A stretch of 64,000 nt of DNA, taken from the NCBI GenBank assembly GCA_964188305.1, contig OZ076894.1; one strand, 5' to 3'. Position 1 is the first letter of the stretch; the number at the start of each line of letters is the position of its first letter. Source of the stretch: Podarcis bocagei (lineage: Eukaryota). The notes under the pieces are model-generated. The model was given only the letters and a program-made list of their open reading frames with translations. It had not been told where the DNA came from and made no database searches. This document shows positions 60,891 through 64,000 of the stretch, in pieces. A program made the translations under genes and the position numbers.

Positions 60891-61996
60891 TTTAAAAGAA
60901 GTGGCTGAGATGGGGAATGGCTGTTTTGCAATAGCTGAGAACTATTGCATTTTAGCTGAGGGAATTTAGAGTTAGAAATTTGAAATGAAATGTTTTAGTG
61001 CCACGGTTAAAATTCAGTAAGCACTCAATAAAACACGGAGCAGCTCCATTTTATTTTACATTTTATGGAAAGCTCTTTTCAATATATGTGGAAATATGAG
61101 TTGCATTTATACCAGTAATGGACAAATATTGCTTTCTAAAAACCAAACAAACAAAACTCCCTATGCATTTCATATTTCTGATCTTCTTTACCCCTTTTTG
61201 GGAGGGGTAGGAATATTCATCTTTAGGGCACCAGCTCAGTTAAAACATCACGCCAGAGCAGCAATTACAATGACCGTGATACAGCAATAATCTCCCATTT
61301 CTACAACCCAAAGATACATCATCTTGCTCATCAGAAGCCAAGGCAATAGCACAGAACATGGAGCAGTTGTGGAACTGCTTTTGTGAATGATTTGGTACTT
61401 GTTGCCCATGACAAGATCCAGCCAGCTACAAAATTTTATGGATTATCCATAAAATTCTATGATGACAAACTCATTAAAACACACACACACACACTCTAAA
61501 AACTAAAGTGCACCACATCTTTATTAAAGAACTGATATCTGCAGAGGACACCATATCTATCACTCAGAGACAGGCATAAGTGGATCTGTAAATCTCAGTT
61601 TCTCATTTTCCAGCCCTCGGTTTTTTTTTCCTCCAATCTTTATTTAATTAATTTATCAGCTGCCCTTGCTCTGTGGATCATAGGGCAGCTTACGTTATAC
61701 ATTCCTGCATCAGTTTGCAATTGTTGAAAATGCCTTTAACTATCCATGGCCTTTCAGACATGGGTGGGATGTTTTAACGTTTTATTAGTATGCTGTCTAT
61801 TATTATGCTCTGTATTGTGGTGTGATTTTTTTTTGCACTCCATAAAATATGTTCTTAATGTCATCCACAACCCTGGGATCTCTTGTTAAAGGGCGGTATA
61901 TAACAAACAAACAGACAAACAAAATATTAATTTTTCCTCTTGGTGTTAATGTATGTATTGTGGGGCTGAATTGTGTGTCTGTCTGTTTGGTTGAAA

Positions 61997-62593
61997 TAGG
62001 GTTGCCATATGTCTGGGAAATCCTGGGCATGTCCTCTTTAGGGGGCCTATATTCCCATCGGGGGGGGGGTTGCAGTTTATAGTAAACACCTGGTTGCTTT
62101 GGCTGGAGGTGAGGCCCGCATGCTACCAGCGTTGCTGCCAGACCTGTGCATGTCTTCCCTGGCTCAGGCTGGCAGCGGACACTAAGGAAGCCGCTGCTGC
62201 TGCTGCTTCCTGTTCTTGCTCTGTTCCGGGGTTCCAGAGTCTGAAGTCTGAGTAGTGGCGGGGCTGGGAGCACTAGAGGAGGTGGTGGCAGAGCCTCCTG
62301 ATGAGAGACCCAGGTGGAATTTGGGAGCTGTACTGGACTGGAGCTGCCAGAGCCCACATCTCAGGAGCTGCCGCCGCCTCTTCCCTGTTGTGTGATCAGT
62401 GTGACGATGGTGGGACCAGTGCAATCGGCGGCTGCGCCCAGTGGGGGGTGGGGGGAGAGAGGTAAGCAGGTGATTGCCCCAAGCAGGGGGCCCCAAGGTC
62501 AACAACTCATGCCAATCGCCCAAATAAAGCTCAACAACTTTTGTCGAGCCACTGATCGTCTGGATTTTCACTTCATGAAATATGACAACCCTA
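61997..62593. mobile_element. hAT (Blackjack-like) non-autonomous element, GC-rich
   Basis: TIRs TAGGGTTGCCATA / TATGACAACCCTA; flanks GTTGAAA/GTTGTAA. Confidence 0.75.
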
Positions 62594-62851
62594 GTTGTAA
62601 GTCATTTTAGGTTGCCCTGGGCAAGATAAGGCAATTTATAAATTTAATAAATACATAATTTACAGGGCCTTTAACAACCTGGGTCCAGGATACGCTGTGG
62701 ACCGCCTGATCCCTTTTATTCCCTGCTCACTGAGAGTTTCCGGGGAGTCACTGTTAGTGGTTCCCCCACAGTTCAGTTGCTTGATTCATACCTACCATGT
62801 GTCACATGTTCAGTATTGTGTGCTCAATTATATGGAACTCCCATTTGAGAT

Positions 62852-63214
62852 CAGCCTCGGTCCTGTGTACCTGAAGGAATGTCTCCACTCCCATCGTTCA
62901 GCCCGGACACTGAGAGCCAGCGCTGAGGGCCTTCTTGTGGTTCCCTCATTGTGAGAAGTGAGGTTACAGGGAACCAGGCAGAGGGCTTTCTCTGTAGTGG
63001 TGCCCGCCCTGTGGAATGCCCTCCCATCAGATGTCAAGGAAATAAGCAGCTATCCTATTTTTAAAAGACATCTGAAGGCAGCCCTGTTTAGGGAAGTTTT
63101 TAATATTTAATGCTGTATTGTTTTTAACACTCGATTGGGAGCCGCCCAGAGTGGCTGGGAAACTCAGCCAGATAGGTGGGGTATAAATAATAAATTATTA
63201 TTATATTATTATTA
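62852..63214 (+). mobile_element. L2 LINE 3' end
   Basis: LGPVYLKECL..RQRAFSVVVPALWNALP..FKRHLKAALF*; 3' UTR and TTA-type tail. Confidence 0.9.
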
Positions 63215-64000
63215 TCAGACTGGCCCTCTTGCTGCAGAATGTCCAGCACTTACTGAAGACTTTTATCCCAGCAGGCTTCTGGAATTGAACTCTGTTTTTA
63301 TAGTTCTAACTCATTTTTAGTTTCACTGTATTGAGACGACAATCACCACTTAGAGACAAGTGTAATTAAGTGCTCTATAAATTGACAAAGTTAGTAAAAA
63401 GATTTTTTTAAAGAATGAATTGAGTATTTATCACTGTATGCTCGCATGTTCACTTGCAAGATCAGCACTTAACAAAACTATAAGCATGGTGCAAGCCTAT
63501 AATAACCATCTCTTTCTAGGTTCTTAATCCATTCTGCCCTCTCTAATCCATAGTAACTGAAGAATCTGCTTTTTATATTGAGAGAGCAACCACCCCACTT
63601 TGGCAGGTTCGTGCAGGATGCCCAGAGTAAAGTCAAACCAACCGCAGAGATGAAAATACTGATCTATCAGATCTCCTTTTCAATATCCTGCCTAAGATAT
63701 GAGCCACTTCCAGCTGACAAAAGAAGAAATCCAGCAGTTTCCACCTACTCACTTTATGCTACTTCCTTGTTATTTCCTAGCAGGATAAGATCATTAAGGC
63801 AAAGATCTTTCCCAAGGCTGAGGCACCAAGCATCCTGTCAATGCTCAAAAAGAGATGGCGATACTGGCTTTGGTATATGCACACAATGAAAGATATATTC
63901 ACACCAAAGATACATGCTTTTTCATGAGATATAATCCAAAGTTCATCCACAAGATATCCAAAGTTCCACTTTAAGGCTGTTTGTAAGTGTGATTCAACAA

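Noticed and set aside
61803-62610. GC-rich ORFs or a CpG-island promoter
   Set aside because: The GC-rich part is confined within the TAGGGTTG TIRs of a non-autonomous hAT element.
1-64000. CRISPR arrays, operons, rRNA or other prokaryotic systems
   Set aside because: The sequence is clearly reptilian and TE-rich, with no regularly spaced repeat-spacer arrays or dense gene packing.

Overview
This is vertebrate non-coding DNA, almost certainly from a squamate reptile and probably a lacertid lizard. The assignment rests on Sauria SINEs, a tRNA-derived SINE with an L2-type tail, CR1 copies with (ATTCTATG)n tails and L2 copies with (TTA)n tails. I recognise no host protein-coding exon in 64 kb, so this looks like a large intron or a gene desert: repeat-free AT-rich blocks interleaved with many transposable elements. 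The long ORFs are all TE-derived or chimeric. The elements are a 2.5 kb L2 with an intact RT frame, three near-identical young CR1 3' ends, L1 3' ends with TSDs, a decayed RTE, four Sauria SINEs, Tigger/Tc2 and hAT MITEs, four solo LTRs with 5-bp TSDs, and a Penelope-type palindrome. The most interesting signals are: (1) three solo LTRs with dissimilar DNA that all open a reading frame at LTR base 2 encoding acidic/Pro-rich -> SP..R-rich -> RRSxRL-like peptides; (2) a strong minus-strand splice unit ending at 57613, either an 11-nt microexon or a 75-codon Kozak-initiated exon; (3) a probable L1 3' transduction; (4) a composite MITE carrying a captured L2 tail; (5) decayed hammerhead-ribozyme cores in the Penelope palindrome. 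Family names come from motif recognition by eye; no database search was run.
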